The notes under the pieces: model-generated
Databases searched by the model: none
What the model was told of the DNA's origin: nothing
What the model saw: the letters and a program-made list of their open reading frames with translations, nothing else
Shown: positions 9,218 through 19,210 of the stretch, in pieces
How positions within the stretch are numbered: the first letter of the stretch is position 1
Layout: each line of letters begins with the position of its first letter
Assembly (NCBI GenBank): GCA_964230805.1
Contig: CAXRIA010000002.1
Location: forward strand, 23,664 to 87,663
Direction: 5' to 3'
DNA from: Flavobacteriaceae bacterium
GTDB lineage: Bacteria; Bacteroidota; Bacteroidia; Flavobacteriales; Flavobacteriaceae
Length of the DNA stretch: 64,000 bases
Made by a program: the position numbers and the translations under genes

Positions 9218-10426
9218 ATGGAAGCCCCCTTTTTAGAATCACTAGCAAACAAATACGGTAGTCCACTTTATGTGTATGATGCTGCTAAAATAATTTCACA
9301 GTACGAGCGCATCACAAGCGCTTTTTCTGCGGTTAAAAACTTAAAAGTGCATTTTGCCACCAAAGCTTTGTCGAATATAAACATCTTAAAATTATTTAAG
9401 AATTTAGAGGCTGGACTCGACACTGTTTCCATTCAAGAGGTACTTACTGGCCTAGAAGCCGGTTTTGCTCCCCAAGATATTATATACACGCCAAATGGGG
9501 TGTCTTTGGAAGAAATCGAAAACGTGGCAAAAATGGGTGTCAAAATCAATATAGACAACTTGTCTATACTAGAGCAGTTCGGACACCATTACCCAACCAT
9601 ACCTGTGTGCGTACGTATCAATCCGCATATCATGGCTGGTGGTAATACAAAAATATCCGTCGGACATATCGATTCTAAATTTGGAATTTCAATACACCAA
9701 GTACCGCATATTTTGCGAATCGTAAAGAATACGAATATGACCATCAACGGTGTTCATATGCATACGGGATCAGACATTTTAGATATCAACGTATTCTCGT
9801 CTGCAGCAGATTTGTTGTTTGACGTAGCCAAAGATTTCAAAGACTTAGAATTTATTGATTTAGGAAGTGGATTTAAAGTTCCTTACTACGAAGGAGCTGC
9901 GTCAACAGACATCGAAGAACTCGGCAAAGTATTGACTGCTCGATTCAATTCTTTTTGTAAAGAATACGGGAAGGATTTAACCTTGATGTTTGAACCAGGA
10001 AAATTCTTGGTAAGTGAAGCCGGAAAGTTTTTGGCAAAAGTAAATGTCGTAAAACAAACGACCTCAATGGTTTTTGCCGGCGTTGATAGTGGATTCAATC
10101 ATTTGGCACGCCCCATGATGTACGATGCATATCATCACATCACAAATATTTCCAATCCCAATGGCAAGGAAAGGTACTATTCCGTGGTGGGTTACATCTG
10201 TGAGACAGACACTTTTGGAATCAATCGTAAAATCAACGAAATTTCAGAAGGAGATGTTTTGTGTTTTGACAATGCAGGTGCCTATTGCTTTTCAATGGCT
10301 TCGAATTACAACTCACGTTACAAGCCGGCAGAAGTGCTGGTCCATAAAGAAAAAGATTATTTGATTCGAAAAAGAGAGACGATGCAAGATATCTTGAAAA
10401 ATCAAGTCATTGTTGATTTGGAATAA
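9218..10426 (+). CDS. lysA: Diaminopimelate decarboxylase
   Basis: PLP-lysine context HFATKALSN, plus GSGFKVPY and the CETDTF region. Start trimmed to the ATG at 9218 (MEAPFLESLANKYGSPLYVYD). Confidence 0.92.
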   Translation: MEAPFLESLANKYGSPLYVYDAAKIISQYERITSAFSAVKNLKVHFATKALSNINILKLFKNLEAGLDTVSIQEVLTGLEAGFAPQDIIYTPNGVSLEEIENVAKMGVKINIDNLSILEQFGHHYPTIPVCVRINPHIMAGGNTKISVGHIDSKFGISIHQVPHILRIVKNTNMTINGVHMHTGSDILDINVFSSAADLLFDVAKDFKDLEFIDLGSGFKVPYYEGAASTDIEELGKVLTARFNSFCKEYGKDLTLMFEPGKFLVSEAGKFLAKVNVVKQTTSMVFAGVDSGFNHLARPMMYDAYHHITNISNPNGKERYYSVVGYICETDTFGINRKINEISEGDVLCFDNAGAYCFSMASNYNSRYKPAEVLVHKEKDYLIRKRETMQDILKNQVIVDLE

Positions 10427-10436
10427 GAATAAGTAA

Positions 10437-10472
10437 GCCTGACTATTGAGAATAGTCAGGCCTCTTTATTTT
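10437..10472 (+). terminator. Rho-independent terminator after lysA
   Basis: Perfect 11-bp stem GCCTGACTATT / AATAGTCAGGC with a 3-nt loop, followed by CTCTTTATTTT. Confidence 0.85.
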
Positions 10473-10531
10473 AGAAGGTTGCAAAGGTGAATTTTCCATT
10501 GAAAACGCACTATTTTTTTAAATGATTTCTT

Positions 10532-10539
10532 TATATTTG
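10532..10539 (+). promoter_or_regulatory. -7 box (TATATTTG) about 250 nt upstream of thrA
   Basis: It is the only consensus -7 box I see between the lysA terminator and thrA, which implies a long 5' leader. Confidence 0.35.
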
Positions 10540-10788
10540 CGAGGTGAATTTTTTTAAGAAAAATACAAGCACTGCAAAAAACTCAAATCCTGTTGAGTGT
10601 CTTTCTATTTGTACGACTAGAAACACAACAACCCTTTGGGGTTAATTTCCTATTACATATCAAAAAAATCCCTGGTCTTTTGTTTAGACGTAATGAATAG
10701 CACGGGTAAGAAAAATTAAGAATCTTAGGTTTTGAATTGAGAAACGCGAAACAACAAGCGATCAATTCAACAAATAAACATATATCAA

Positions 10789-13239
10789 ATGAAAGTTTTA
10801 AAATTTGGAGGAACTTCAGTAGCCAACGCAGAAAACATAGCAAAAGTAATTGACATTTTAAAAGCCAATGCTGCCCATGATAAGTTGGTTGTCGTAGTAT
10901 CCGCTTTGGGAGGTACTACTGATGTTCTGTTAGAGGCAGGTGCACGGGCTCAAAAAGGAGATAGCTCCTATATCAAAAGTTTTGAAATCCTTGAGAGTAG
11001 ACATATTGAAGCCGTGAGAAAACTTATCCCAGTGAAAAAACAAAGTAGCGTTTTAGGGGGGCTGAAAAAAATTCTCAACGAATTAGAAACCACGCTGGAG
11101 GGTGTCTTTCTTCTGAAAGAGTTCTCAGACAAAACGCATGATAAAATTGTAAGTTTTGGTGAACGACTCTCCGCATACATTGTGATCAACGCATTGCAGT
11201 TGGTTGTTAAAAAAGCCCAATACAAGGACAGTAGAGACCTCATTATTACAGATGACAATTTTACACAAGCATCCGTTCAAAAAGAACGTACCGAGAAAAA
11301 TATCCAAGCCTATTTTGAAAATGAACAGGCACCCATCATTGTGATGCCTGGGTTTATCGCGTCCAACAGAAACGCAGAAACCACTACACTAGGACGTGGT
11401 GGTTCTGATTATACGGCTGCCATTCTAGCAGCAGCATTGGATGCAGCCATACTAGAAATTTGGACCGATGTTAGTGGGATGTTTACCGCCAATCCGAAAA
11501 TTGTCAAAGGAGCCTTTCCCATTGAAAATATTTCGTACCAAGAGGCAATGGAACTATCTCATTTTGGTGCCAAAGTACTTTATCCTCCCACCGTAGAGCC
11601 CGTTTTAAAAAAACAAATTCCTATGGTTATCAAAAACACTTTTGCACCAGAAGCGATTGGAACTACGATCGCGCATGTGAGCAATGCAAACAAAACATTG
11701 GTCAAAGGGATCAGTCATATGGACGGCATGTCTTTGATTACTTTGGAGGGAAATGGCATGATCGGAATTCCAGGATTTTCAAAACGTTTGTTTGAAGCCT
11801 TATCCCAAGAAAAAATAAATGTCGCTTTGATTACACAGGCTTCCTCTGAGCATTCCATTTGTATCGGAATCAATGAAGCAGATGCGAGCAATGCCAAAAA
11901 TATCATTGACGAGACCTTTGCTTATGAAATCTCTCTTGGAAAGGTAGAACCTCTGAAAACAGAGAGCGACCTGGCCATTATCGCGTTGGTGGGTGACAAC
12001 ATGAAAAACCATCAAGGGATCAGTGGACGTATGTTTAGCACGCTGGGAAAAAACAACGTGAACATTCGAGCCATCGCACAAGGAGCGTCTGAGAAAAACA
12101 TTTCGACCGTTATCGCGCGTAAAAACATCAAAAAAGCGTTGAATTCTCTGCACAATGAATTCTTTGAAAATCAAGTGGTTCAATTGAATTTATTTGTCGT
12201 TGGCGTTGGTAACGTAGGTGGAAAGCTGATCGAACAAATAGCCGCTCAAGAAAAATACCTACTTGAAAAATTACAATTGAAAATAACAATTGTGGGTATG
12301 GCAAACTCCAAAAAAATGCTCTTCCGTAATGATGGAATTCAATTGTCAAACTGGAAAGAAGACCTTCTGGAAAATGGCGTCGAGGTAGACATGGAAGCAT
12401 TCCACAAAAATGTAGTACAACTCAATTTGGCCAACAGTATTTTTGTGGACAATACCGCCAATTATGACATCGCTCAGTTGTACGCAAGTTATCTAAAAGA
12501 AAGTATTGCCGTAGTCACCTGCAACAAAATTGCCGCTTCCTCGGAATATGAGAAATACGCTGAGTTGAAAAGCTTGTCACAAGAATACAATGCCCCCTAC
12601 TTGTTTGAAACCAATGTTGGTGCCGGTCTGCCTATTATAAACACACTAAACAATTTGGTGCAATCAGGCGATCAAATTAAGAAAATACAAGCGGTGGCCT
12701 CTGGATCCTTAAACTTTATTTTCAATTCTTTTGTAGGAGACGCCAATTTTGCAGAAATCGTTGAGAAAGCAGGAGAACTCGGATTTACAGAACCCGACCC
12801 AAGAATTGATTTAAGTGGCGTGGATGTCGCCCGAAAAATATTAATCTTAGCCCGAGAAAGTGGCACCAAAATGAATTTGGAAGACATTGAAAACATTTCA
12901 TTCTTACCAAAATCCAGTTTGGAAGCCGATACGATTGATGACTTTAAAAAAACACTGGTTTCGGAAGCTGCTCATTTCGAAGCGATCAAAGAAAAAGCAG
13001 CATCGAATCACTGCGAATTAAAATATGTGGCAGAATTTATCGACGGCAAAGCCAATGTTTCTTTACAAGAAGTAGATAGCAAACACCCTTTTTCCAACTT
13101 GCAAGGCAGTGATAACATTGTATTGTTTTTTACAGAAAGATACCCAGAATATCCACTCATCGTAAAAGGAGCCGGAGCGGGAGCTGATGTAACTGCATCG
13201 GGTATTTTTGCAGATATCATTCGCGTTGGAAAAGGTTAA
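10789..13239 (+). CDS. thrA: Bifunctional aspartokinase / homoserine dehydrogenase
   Basis: Aspartokinase N-terminus MKVLKFGGTSVAN, central ACT region, and a C-terminal homoserine dehydrogenase domain (VVGVGNVGG...). Total 816 aa. Confidence 0.95.
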   Translation: MKVLKFGGTSVANAENIAKVIDILKANAAHDKLVVVVSALGGTTDVLLEAGARAQKGDSSYIKSFEILESRHIEAVRKLIPVKKQSSVLGGLKKILNELETTLEGVFLLKEFSDKTHDKIVSFGERLSAYIVINALQLVVKKAQYKDSRDLIITDDNFTQASVQKERTEKNIQAYFENEQAPIIVMPGFIASNRNAETTTLGRGGSDYTAAILAAALDAAILEIWTDVSGMFTANPKIVKGAFPIENISYQEAMELSHFGAKVLYPPTVEPVLKKQIPMVIKNTFAPEAIGTTIAHVSNANKTLVKGISHMDGMSLITLEGNGMIGIPGFSKRLFEALSQEKINVALITQASSEHSICIGINEADASNAKNIIDETFAYEISLGKVEPLKTESDLAIIALVGDNMKNHQGISGRMFSTLGKNNVNIRAIAQGASEKNISTVIARKNIKKALNSLHNEFFENQVVQLNLFVVGVGNVGGKLIEQIAAQEKYLLEKLQLKITIVGMANSKKMLFRNDGIQLSNWKEDLLENGVEVDMEAFHKNVVQLNLANSIFVDNTANYDIAQLYASYLKESIAVVTCNKIAASSEYEKYAELKSLSQEYNAPYLFETNVGAGLPIINTLNNLVQSGDQIKKIQAVASGSLNFIFNSFVGDANFAEIVEKAGELGFTEPDPRIDLSGVDVARKILILARESGTKMNLEDIENISFLPKSSLEADTIDDFKKTLVSEAAHFEAIKEKAASNHCELKYVAEFIDGKANVSLQEVDSKHPFSNLQGSDNIVLFFTERYPEYPLIVKGAGAGADVTASGIFADIIRVGKG

Positions 13240-13304
13240 AATATGAATTTTCAATAAGGATTCTTACATATAGGAATGGACTCCTTTAAAATACGCAAAG
13301 TATC

Positions 13305-14225
13305 ATGGAAGAAATTAAATTATTTTGTGCCGCCACCATTGCAAACATCTCTTGTGGTTTTGATGTATTGGGATTGGCTTTGGACAACGTTGGAGACGAA
13401 ATGATCGTCCGAAAAGTGCCTCAAAAAGGAGTAACGATTGCCAAAATTGTTGGACAAGATTTACCTTTGGAAACACACAAAAACGTAGCCGGCGTTGCGG
13501 CCATGGCTTTGTTGTCCAAAGTAGAGACTGATTTTGGATTTGAAATTGAAATCTACAAAAACATAAAACCCGGAAGTGGTATTGGGTCCAGCGCGGCGAG
13601 CAGTGCTGGAGCTGTTTTCGGCATCAATGAACTATTAGGACGCCCCTTCTCAAGACACGATTTAATCGAATTTGCCATGCAAGGGGAACGTTTGGCAAGC
13701 GGAGTGGCTCATGCTGATAATGTGGCCCCTGCTCTATTGGGTGGCTTTACACTCGTGCGCAGCACAACACCACTCGACGTTTTAAAAATACACACGCCAA
13801 GCGAATTGTATGCTACTGTAATTCATCCTCAAATTGAAGTAAAAACCTCTGATGCACGTGAAATTTTAAGAGGTTCGGTTCCTTTAAAAACCGCGATCAA
13901 ACAATGGGGAAATATTGGGGGATTGATCAGTGGACTCTATACAGAAGACTACAATTTAATAGGAAGGTCTTTAGAAGATTACATTGTAGAACCCATCCGT
14001 TCTATTTTAATTCCTGCATTTGATTCTGTAAAAACAGAAAGTGTCAAGGCAGGAGCCTTGGGTGCTGGTATTTCAGGATCAGGCCCCTCCATATTTGCCT
14101 TAAGTGAAGGTAGTGAAAATGCAAGAAATGTAGCCGATGCCATGAAAATGGTGTACGATAAAGTAGGCATTGCCTACGACGTACACATTTCAAAAATAAA
14201 CACCGAAGGAATAAAAAAAATCTAA
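13305..14225 (+). CDS. thrB: Homoserine kinase
   Basis: GHMP kinase motif PGSGIGSSAASSAG. Sits between thrA and thrC. Confidence 0.93.
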   Translation: MEEIKLFCAATIANISCGFDVLGLALDNVGDEMIVRKVPQKGVTIAKIVGQDLPLETHKNVAGVAAMALLSKVETDFGFEIEIYKNIKPGSGIGSSAASSAGAVFGINELLGRPFSRHDLIEFAMQGERLASGVAHADNVAPALLGGFTLVRSTTPLDVLKIHTPSELYATVIHPQIEVKTSDAREILRGSVPLKTAIKQWGNIGGLISGLYTEDYNLIGRSLEDYIVEPIRSILIPAFDSVKTESVKAGALGAGISGSGPSIFALSEGSENARNVADAMKMVYDKVGIAYDVHISKINTEGIKKI

Positions 14226-14294
14226 ATATCTGTCCACATTACTACCATGTGCCTGTGAACAGCATTCCGAAATGATACTCATAAACAAATAAAA

Positions 14295-15593
14295 ATGAAC
14301 TATTTCAGTTTAAATAAAAAAGCACCCAAAACCACTTTTGAAGATGCAGTTGTGAGAGGGCTTGCACCAGACAAGGGACTTTACTTCCCAGAATCGATCG
14401 AACCGCTTTCAAAAGATTTTATTGAAAATATAGAAAATTACAGCAACCACGAAATTGCCTTTGAAGCAATTCGACAGTTCGTTGGAGATGAAATTCCCGA
14501 AGAAGATTTAAAAAATATTATCGCCGAAACTTTGTGTTTTGACTTTCCAGTCGTACCGGTAGATACCGATATCTCTTCTCTAGAATTGTACCACGGACCT
14601 ACCATGGCCTTCAAAGATGTTGGTGCTCGCTTTATGGCCCGATGTCTGGGGTATTTCAACAATAAGACAAACAACCCTCAAGACGTCACTGTTCTGGTCG
14701 CGACTTCCGGAGACACAGGAGGTGCTGTTGCTAGCGGATTTTTAGGAGTTAAGGGAGTCGATGTGGTTATTTTGTATCCCAGCGGAAAAGTTTCCGACAT
14801 CCAAGAAAAACAATTGACAACCTTGGGTCAAAATATTCGAGCGCTCGAAGTTGAAGGAACTTTCGACGATTGTCAAGCCATGGTAAAAAAAGCCTTCTTA
14901 GACGAAGAATTGACCCGTTACATGAAATTGACTTCTGCCAATTCGATCAACATTGCACGTTGGTTGCCGCAAATGTTTTATTTCTTTTTTGCCTACAAGC
15001 AACTCAAAGACAAATCAAAAAAATTAGTTTTTTCAGTCCCTAGTGGAAACTTTGGTAATATTTGTGCAGGAATGATGGCACAAAAACTCGGACTTCCCAT
15101 CCATCATTTTATCACGGGAACCAATGAAAACAAAGTAGTTCCCTCGTATTTAAAAACAGGAAATTACGAACCCAAACCTTCCGTTCAAACCATTTCCAAT
15201 GCCATGGATGTAGGTGCGCCAAGTAATTTTATTCGCATTGAAGAAATTTACCACCAAAACTTTGAAGAATTAAAAGCCAACTTATCGGGATACCATTATT
15301 CTGATGAAGAAACGACAGCTGCTATGGGACATCTCTTAAAAAGCTGTAACTATGTGGCAGAACCGCACGGAGCAATCGGTTATTTGGCGTTGAAAAACTA
15401 TTTAAAAACAAATTCCGATGTGCAAGGTATTTTTCTAGAAACCGCCCATCCTGTCAAATTTTTGGATGTATTATACCCTGGCGTTGCAGAGGAACTAGAA
15501 ATCCCGGCACAAATCAAAGCGGTCATTGATTTGGAAAAAGTAGCGACACAAATTTCAAAATACGAGGAGTTGAAAGACTATTTGAAAGCTTGA
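14295..15593 (+). CDS. thrC: Threonine synthase
   Basis: PLP-lysine context HGPTMAFKDVGARF, plus ATSGDTGGAV. Third gene of the thr cluster. Confidence 0.94.
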   Translation: MNYFSLNKKAPKTTFEDAVVRGLAPDKGLYFPESIEPLSKDFIENIENYSNHEIAFEAIRQFVGDEIPEEDLKNIIAETLCFDFPVVPVDTDISSLELYHGPTMAFKDVGARFMARCLGYFNNKTNNPQDVTVLVATSGDTGGAVASGFLGVKGVDVVILYPSGKVSDIQEKQLTTLGQNIRALEVEGTFDDCQAMVKKAFLDEELTRYMKLTSANSINIARWLPQMFYFFFAYKQLKDKSKKLVFSVPSGNFGNICAGMMAQKLGLPIHHFITGTNENKVVPSYLKTGNYEPKPSVQTISNAMDVGAPSNFIRIEEIYHQNFEELKANLSGYHYSDEETTAAMGHLLKSCNYVAEPHGAIGYLALKNYLKTNSDVQGIFLETAHPVKFLDVLYPGVAEELEIPAQIKAVIDLEKVATQISKYEELKDYLKA

Positions 15594-15685
15594 TCTAAAT
15601 ACTAGTGATATTTGCCTACTGAGGTACAAGATTTTTTTGAGGTAGAGATATAAAAACCCTTTTTCAACTGAAACACAACAAAAAG

Positions 15686-16771
15686 ATGAAAAACATACCG
15701 TTGCATCAAATTCACAAAGATTTAGGAGCGAAAATACTCCCGTTTGCAGGCTACCACATGCCTATTCAATACGAGGGGGTTAATGCTGAACATCAAACAG
15801 TTCGGGAAGGAGTCGGTGTTTTTGATGTATCCCATATGGGCGAATTTTTGTTGGAAGGTCCCAATGCGCTTGCTTTGATTCAAAAAGTTTCTTCAAATGA
15901 TGCCTCTAAATTAAAAATAGGTGACGCCCAGTACAGCTGCCTCCCCAATACCACTGGTGGCATTGTGGATGATCTATTGATTTACAGAATCAAAGAAGAA
16001 ACGTATTTGTTAGTGGTCAATGCCTCAAACATTGAGAAAGATTGGGACTGGATTCGTTCTCAAAATGACTTGGGCGTTTCCATGAAAAATCTTTCGGATG
16101 ACTATTCCCTTTTGGCCATTCAAGGCCCCAAAGCGGCAAAAGCGATGCAAAGTCTAACTTCAGTAAATTTATCAGCAATCAAATTTTACACCTTTCAAAT
16201 CGGAGATTTTGCAGGTATTGAAAACGTCATCATCTCCGCAACAGGTTATACTGGGTCTGGAGGATTTGAAATTTATTGTAAAAACGACGAAGTTGGCCAA
16301 ATTTGGAAAAAAGTCTTTGAAGCCGGTTCCCCATTTGGCATCAAACCAATCGGATTGGCTGCACGTGATACCTTGCGTTTGGAAATGGGCTATTGTTTGT
16401 ATGGAAATGACATCAATGATCGCACCTCTCCCATAGAAGCGGGACTGGGATGGATTACAAAGTTCAACAAAGAATTTAACAATTCCGTCTATTTAAAAGA
16501 TCAAAAAGAAAAGGGCGTTGACAAGAAATTAATCGGATTTGAATTGCTTGATAAGGGTGTTCCGAGAAAGGATTACGACATTGCCGATGAAAGTGGCAAT
16601 ACCATCGGTATTGTAACATCGGGAACTATGGGGCCTTCTGTAAAAAAAGGCATTGGTATGGGATACGTAACAATCGACCACACCAAGCCTGGACATACCA
16701 TTTATATAAAAGTCCGCAAACGACTTTTAAAAGCAAAAGTGGTAACATTGCCCTTTTATAAAAATGAATAG
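15686..16771 (+). CDS. gcvT: Glycine cleavage system aminomethyltransferase T
   Basis: Typical GcvT sequence: [35 protein letters not shown]. Confidence 0.95.
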   Translation: MKNIPLHQIHKDLGAKILPFAGYHMPIQYEGVNAEHQTVREGVGVFDVSHMGEFLLEGPNALALIQKVSSNDASKLKIGDAQYSCLPNTTGGIVDDLLIYRIKEETYLLVVNASNIEKDWDWIRSQNDLGVSMKNLSDDYSLLAIQGPKAAKAMQSLTSVNLSAIKFYTFQIGDFAGIENVIISATGYTGSGGFEIYCKNDEVGQIWKKVFEAGSPFGIKPIGLAARDTLRLEMGYCLYGNDINDRTSPIEAGLGWITKFNKEFNNSVYLKDQKEKGVDKKLIGFELLDKGVPRKDYDIADESGNTIGIVTSGTMGPSVKKGIGMGYVTIDHTKPGHTIYIKVRKRLLKAKVVTLPFYKNE

Positions 16772-16802
16772 AACCATCGATTGTCTCCTATTCGATACGA
16801 TC

Positions 16803-16837
16803 AAAAAAGCCGTTTTCATTTGGAAAACGGCTTTTTT
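16803..16837. terminator. Bidirectional terminator between convergent gcvT and sucC
   Basis: A6-GCCGTTTTC-(loop)-GAAAACGGC-T6, so the hairpin is flanked by an A-run and a T-run. Confidence 0.85.
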
Positions 16838-16857
16838 GTTGAGACGATAAGAATGGC

Positions 16858-18051
16858 TTAGGCCAATACTTCTTGTACTTTGTCGGCTGCTTCCTGAAAT
16901 TCAGTTGCCGAGATAATTTGCATACCGCTATTGTCAATCAATTCCTTGGCTTCCTTGGCATTGGTCCCTTGCAAACGACAAATAATAGGCACGTTTATTT
17001 TGTCTCCCATATTTTTATAAGCATCTACCACGCCTTGTGCCACACGATCACAGCGAACAATACCTCCAAAAATATTGACAAGAATTGCTTTTACATTCGC
17101 ATCTTTCAAAATAATTCCAAAAGCCGTTTCTACACGCGCCGCATCGGCTGTACCTCCTACATCTAAAAAGTTTGCAGGGTCGCCTCCCGCTTGTTTAATC
17201 AAATCCATGGTACCCATGGCCAAACCTGCTCCGTTTACCATACATCCCACATTTCCGTCCAAATCTACATAGTTCAATCCCGCCGCTTTGGCTTCTACCT
17301 CAATTGGATTTTCTTCACGTATGTCACGCAACGCTATGTAATCTTTGTGTCGATACAACGCATTTTCATCCAGCGTTACCTTCGAATCCACCGCTAAAAT
17401 TTGATCGTCTGCTGTTTTAAAAACAGGATTGATTTCAAACAAAGACGAATCCGAACCTACGTACGCGTTGTAAAGTGCTGTAGCAAACTTAGTCATGTCT
17501 TTGAAAGCCGCACCAGAAAGTCCCAAATTAAAAGCGATCTTTCTCGCTTGAAACGGCAACAAACCTGTGGCGGGATCTACTTCTTCCGTAAATATCAAAT
17601 GGGGTGTTTCCTCTGCCACAGTTTCAATATCCATTCCTCCCTCTGTAGAATACATAATCATGTTTCTACCTGTATTTCTGTTTAACAAAACAGACATGTA
17701 AAACTCTTCGGGTGTTGACGGACCTTCGTAATAAACATTCTCAGAGATCAATACGGTATGTACTTCTTTCCCTTCTGCCGAAGTTTGAGGAGTGACCAAC
17801 ATCATTCCTAAAATTTGGTCGGCATAGGTTTTTACTTCTTCAATCGATTTTGCGATTTTTACACCTCCTCCTTTTCCACGACCCCCTGCATGAATTTGAG
17901 CTTTGACCGCAAAAACGGTACAACCCTTTTCTTTGTTAATTTTTTTCGCCGCTTCCAATGCTTCTTCAGGCGTGTTTGCCACAATCTCTAAAGGCACCTT
18001 CACACCAAAACTTTTTAGTATTTCCTTTGCTTGATATTCGTGTAAGTTCAT
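16858..18051 (-). CDS. sucC: Succinyl-CoA synthetase beta subunit (ADP-forming)
   Basis: MNLHEYQAKEILKSFGV..., an ATP-grasp region, and the C-terminal block NIFGGIVRCD. Confidence 0.96.
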   Translation of the reverse strand: MNLHEYQAKEILKSFGVKVPLEIVANTPEEALEAAKKINKEKGCTVFAVKAQIHAGGRGKGGGVKIAKSIEEVKTYADQILGMMLVTPQTSAEGKEVHTVLISENVYYEGPSTPEEFYMSVLLNRNTGRNMIMYSTEGGMDIETVAEETPHLIFTEEVDPATGLLPFQARKIAFNLGLSGAAFKDMTKFATALYNAYVGSDSSLFEINPVFKTADDQILAVDSKVTLDENALYRHKDYIALRDIREENPIEVEAKAAGLNYVDLDGNVGCMVNGAGLAMGTMDLIKQAGGDPANFLDVGGTADAARVETAFGIILKDANVKAILVNIFGGIVRCDRVAQGVVDAYKNMGDKINVPIICRLQGTNAKEAKELIDNSGMQIISATEFQEAADKVQEVLA

Positions 18052-18078
18052 AATTTGTATTGGGTTAAAAAATCAAAA

Positions 18079-18086
18079 CAAAAATA
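18079..18086 (-). promoter_or_regulatory. -7 box (TATTTTTG) for sucC
   Basis: Plus strand reads CAAAAATA. It lies 27 nt upstream of the sucC ATG, and the 34-bp palindrome occupies the expected -33 region. Confidence 0.4.
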
Positions 18087-18100
18087 ACAATCCATGCGTG

Positions 18101-18134
18101 AAATCTTTCTTTTTTTTAAAAAAAAGAAAGATTT
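18101..18134. repeat. Perfect 34-bp palindrome AAATCTTTC-T8-A8-GAAAGATTT
   Basis: I reverse-complemented the 34-mer by hand and it is identical to itself. It lies in the divergent sucC / ABC-ATPase promoter region. Confidence 0.9.
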
Positions 18135-18239
18135 AGGCTTCTTTTCTCTTTTCAAATAGAATCGCTTTGCAAGAAAGCCTGAAAAAATCACGTTTTTTGG
18201 TGCTTTTTTTAATATTTTCGTTTCCTCAATGTTTGCAAA

Positions 18240-18902
18240 ATGATCAAAGCATCTTCTCTTTACAAAAGCTACGAGGACATAAAAGTTCTGAAAGGCATCA
18301 ATCTACACATAAAAAAAGGAGAAGTAATCGCAATTGTAGGCCCTTCAGGTTCCGGAAAAACCACTTTGCTACAGATCTTAGGAACACTTGACAAACCAGA
18401 CACAAACGAGGATTACGCACTGGAAATCAACGGAACCTCCTTAAAAAAAATGACAGACAAGGGGTTGTCCAAATTCAGAAATGAAAATATCGGGTTTATT
18501 TTTCAATTTCATCAATTACTACCCGAATTTACAGCGCTGGAAAATATTTGCATCCCTGCTTTTATTGCCAACAAAAATAAAAATGCGGTAGAAAAAAAAG
18601 CCTGGGAACTTTTGGATCGATTGGGATTGTCCGACAGAGCCCAACACAAACCCAATGAATTGTCCGGTGGCGAACAACAACGCGTGGCTGTAGCAAGAGC
18701 CTTGATAAACGACCCTGCTGTGATATTTGCAGACGAACCTAGTGGAAATTTAGATTCTACCGCTGCCAAAGACTTGCATGAATTATTTCTACAGTTGAGA
18801 ACACAATTGGGACAAACCTTTGTGATTGTAACCCACAACAAAGAATTGGCCCAAATGGCAGATCGTACGTTCACCATGAAAGACGGTCTTGTGATAGGAT
18901 GA
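18240..18902 (+). CDS. ABC transporter ATP-binding protein, LolD/MacB-ATPase-like
   Basis: Walker [10 protein letters not shown], signature [14 protein letters not shown], Walker [12 protein letters not shown]. No permease gene is adjacent. Confidence 0.88.
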   Translation: MIKASSLYKSYEDIKVLKGINLHIKKGEVIAIVGPSGSGKTTLLQILGTLDKPDTNEDYALEINGTSLKKMTDKGLSKFRNENIGFIFQFHQLLPEFTALENICIPAFIANKNKNAVEKKAWELLDRLGLSDRAQHKPNELSGGEQQRVAVARALINDPAVIFADEPSGNLDSTAAKDLHELFLQLRTQLGQTFVIVTHNKELAQMADRTFTMKDGLVIG

Positions 18903-19167
18903 TGCCCTGCCTTTGTCACTTAAAAGTGATCCTTTTGGTGGGAATTTCTGCAATACTTCCGGTACAAAACAAGGTAAATCACCACCACAAACAAAGTGAT
19001 TTAAAATTCTTTCCTTATCTTTGACAAATCTTTGGAGACAATGCTAGTAAAGTATTTTTTAAACCTACATTCTGTACCGCTAAAAAATTTAGCAAAAACG
19101 TCTCTTTTCAACCTTTATTTTCAACAAAAAAAACGAGTATTCCCCAGAATATATCTTTCTTGTGGCG

Positions 19168-19175
19168 TATCTTTG
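19168..19175 (+). promoter_or_regulatory. -7 box (TATCTTTG) for the dihydroorotase-like gene
   Basis: Lies 35 nt upstream of the ATG at 19211. Confidence 0.35.
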
Positions 19176-19210
19176 CCTGCTGAAAAAACACCCTTAAACT
19201 ACTTGTTCTT

